Source of the DNA: Massalongia carnosa
Lineage: Eukaryota
Direction: 5' to 3'
Assembly (NCBI GenBank): GCA_965645245.1
Contig: OZ287071.1
Location: 2,294,001-2,358,000 of the forward strand
DNA length: 64,000 nt
The notes beneath the pieces are model-generated. The model was not told the DNA's origin and did no database searches. It was given only the letters and a program-made list of their open reading frames with translations. The position numbers and the translations under genes are program-made. The first letter of the stretch is position 1, and the number at the start of each line of letters is the position of its first letter. Of this stretch, positions 62,516 through 64,000 are shown one piece after another.

Positions 62516-63574
62516 TTATATAATTCCATAGATTTGCCCGCATGGGCCGGCCTTCGGCCGGTACCACATCGGAATGCTGCGCTGGTCTAGACAGTCTTGA
62601 TATAGATCTCGCATGTTGATGATCTTGCCACCAACTAGAGCTACATCGTCCTTGTCAAGCCTGATTGGCTTAGGAACGCGTAGATGCGCTAATTCCTCAT
62701 AGCTGATTGCTGATAATTCACCCCAACTCGTCTCAAACCCCAAAGAAGGATTTTCCCACGTTTCAAGAAGCATCGAAGTGAAGCAGCCCTTGCACTGGAT
62801 AACATATACTTGGCCATCCAAGACATCATGGAATAGGAAGAGGCAGTTTGGTGCCACCGCAAACACCGAAACGCCAACGGACGTATCCAAATCTACAGGT
62901 CGACGCGGCAAATAGCCAAATAAGATTATTACACAAGCAGTTCCATGGAGCCCATTCTCCGCCACTCCTTGGGCGAAGCGTTCGATATCTTCTTCCTGAA
63001 TTTGTCCGTCCGTTAGCAAGAACCAAAGCGAGCATTCCTGCAGGGCCGTCGAAAAAGCGTAATCCGAGCAAAGAACCGACGGATCAGTTCCATAACTCGG
63101 TTTGAGACGTGCTGAGTCTGTCAGGCGGACTACCGGATGAGCGATGTTGGACCAAGGCAACACGCGACCCCTATGCTTGGCATCCTTCGAGAGCTGATGG
63201 CTGATAGTGGAGATGGCAAGCGCCTCGTGGGATAAGATCAGACCCCTAGTGCTCGTTGATACATCGACAGCTGCACAAATCGTTGCGTCGGCAAACGGAG
63301 TGTACGTGAGATCATGGAAGGGTAAGTGAGCGGGAGGTGCTTCATTCCGAGCATAATTTTTTGCTATTGATGATGGTTTGTAAGATGAATATGATCTGTT
63401 CGCCAGGTTTTTTCTTGGTGGTTGAAGAGAATTCCGTTCTGCTTGCCCTTTTTCTAGTGGACTACAAATGTGTTGTCTAGAATATCGATTTATAGGTTGT
63501 TTCGTATCAACTCGAGCCAAGGAAGGGCATGATGCTTGGAACGGCTCATGCGAGGTGTTCACCGTTGAAGTCAA
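62516..63574 (-). pseudogene. VWA (MIDAS) domain protein, apparently 3'-truncated at about 62569 by mobile DNA
   Basis: AVDVSTSTRG (DxSxS), GTDP, WFLLTDGQI. The frame runs into a GC palindrome of the adjacent element and stops. 5' exon structure unresolved. Confidence 0.6.
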
Positions 63575-64000
63575 ACTGTTAATAGGATAAGAATCCTCCG
63601 TTCGAGGCTCCTTGAGCCGTGAAGAGTCGTCTCTCTCGTCATTGAAGCTCGTATTTCCCGCTCTTGAACTGGAAACCCTAGAAAGTTATGAATAATATTT
63701 CACAACGTGAAGTTATGCGACGAACCTTGTTCCTGACCATCTTCTGTCGAAGAATAAGTCTTGTCAGGCTCAATCGTTTGCGCATCAGGCATATTAGGAG
63801 TGATTACAAATATTTGCTCACAATCCCATAAAAGTGAAGCGCTGAGTTCGAGAAGTTGCTTACATCAAAATCGAGTTAAAAGATTATTTATTTATTCTTT
63901 ATCAAAACACTGGCGTAAGAGGAGAAGATAAGAAAACCAGAACTTAGGCTGTACATATCTATACCTTCAAAACACTCGACAAGGCTGTCTTTCAGGCAGA

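Larger units (their letters stand above)
58300..62568 (+). mobile_element. Tad-like non-LTR retrotransposon (LINE) with internal deletion of the RT domain, boundaries approximate
   Basis: Gag-like ORF1 with CCHC knuckles, ORF2 with APE endonuclease and a C-terminal CPCG..HV..C zinc motif. No TSD or poly(A) recognised. Confidence 0.9.

Overview
Intron-containing nuclear DNA of a filamentous ascomycete (Pezizomycotina). The secreted-protein repertoire and low-complexity intergenic DNA would fit a lichen-forming fungus, but that is inference. Conserved genes: partial Ybp1/ALF4-like gene, amino-acid permease, C2H2 zinc-finger protein, DHHC palmitoyltransferase, phospholipase D, cyanase, vacuolar-type sugar porter, nitroreductase, multicopper oxidase, acid phosphatase, catalase, and intron-containing tRNA-Ser(CGA) and tRNA-Asp(GTC). 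Interspersed accessory or decaying DNA: two Cys-rich secreted-protein paralogues with identical three-exon architecture (one frameshifted), a KP4-like toxin, intact and stop-riddled F-box-like genes, a disrupted GPI-anchored gene, an RT-deleted Tad-like LINE and a truncated VWA gene. Most notable unexplained signals: a highly structured ~210-nt element just upstream of a tRNA-Asp with an atypical C73, the secreted-protein family, a GC-AG intron in cyanase and a stop-free in-frame intron in PLD. All exon models were read by eye and no database searches were run.
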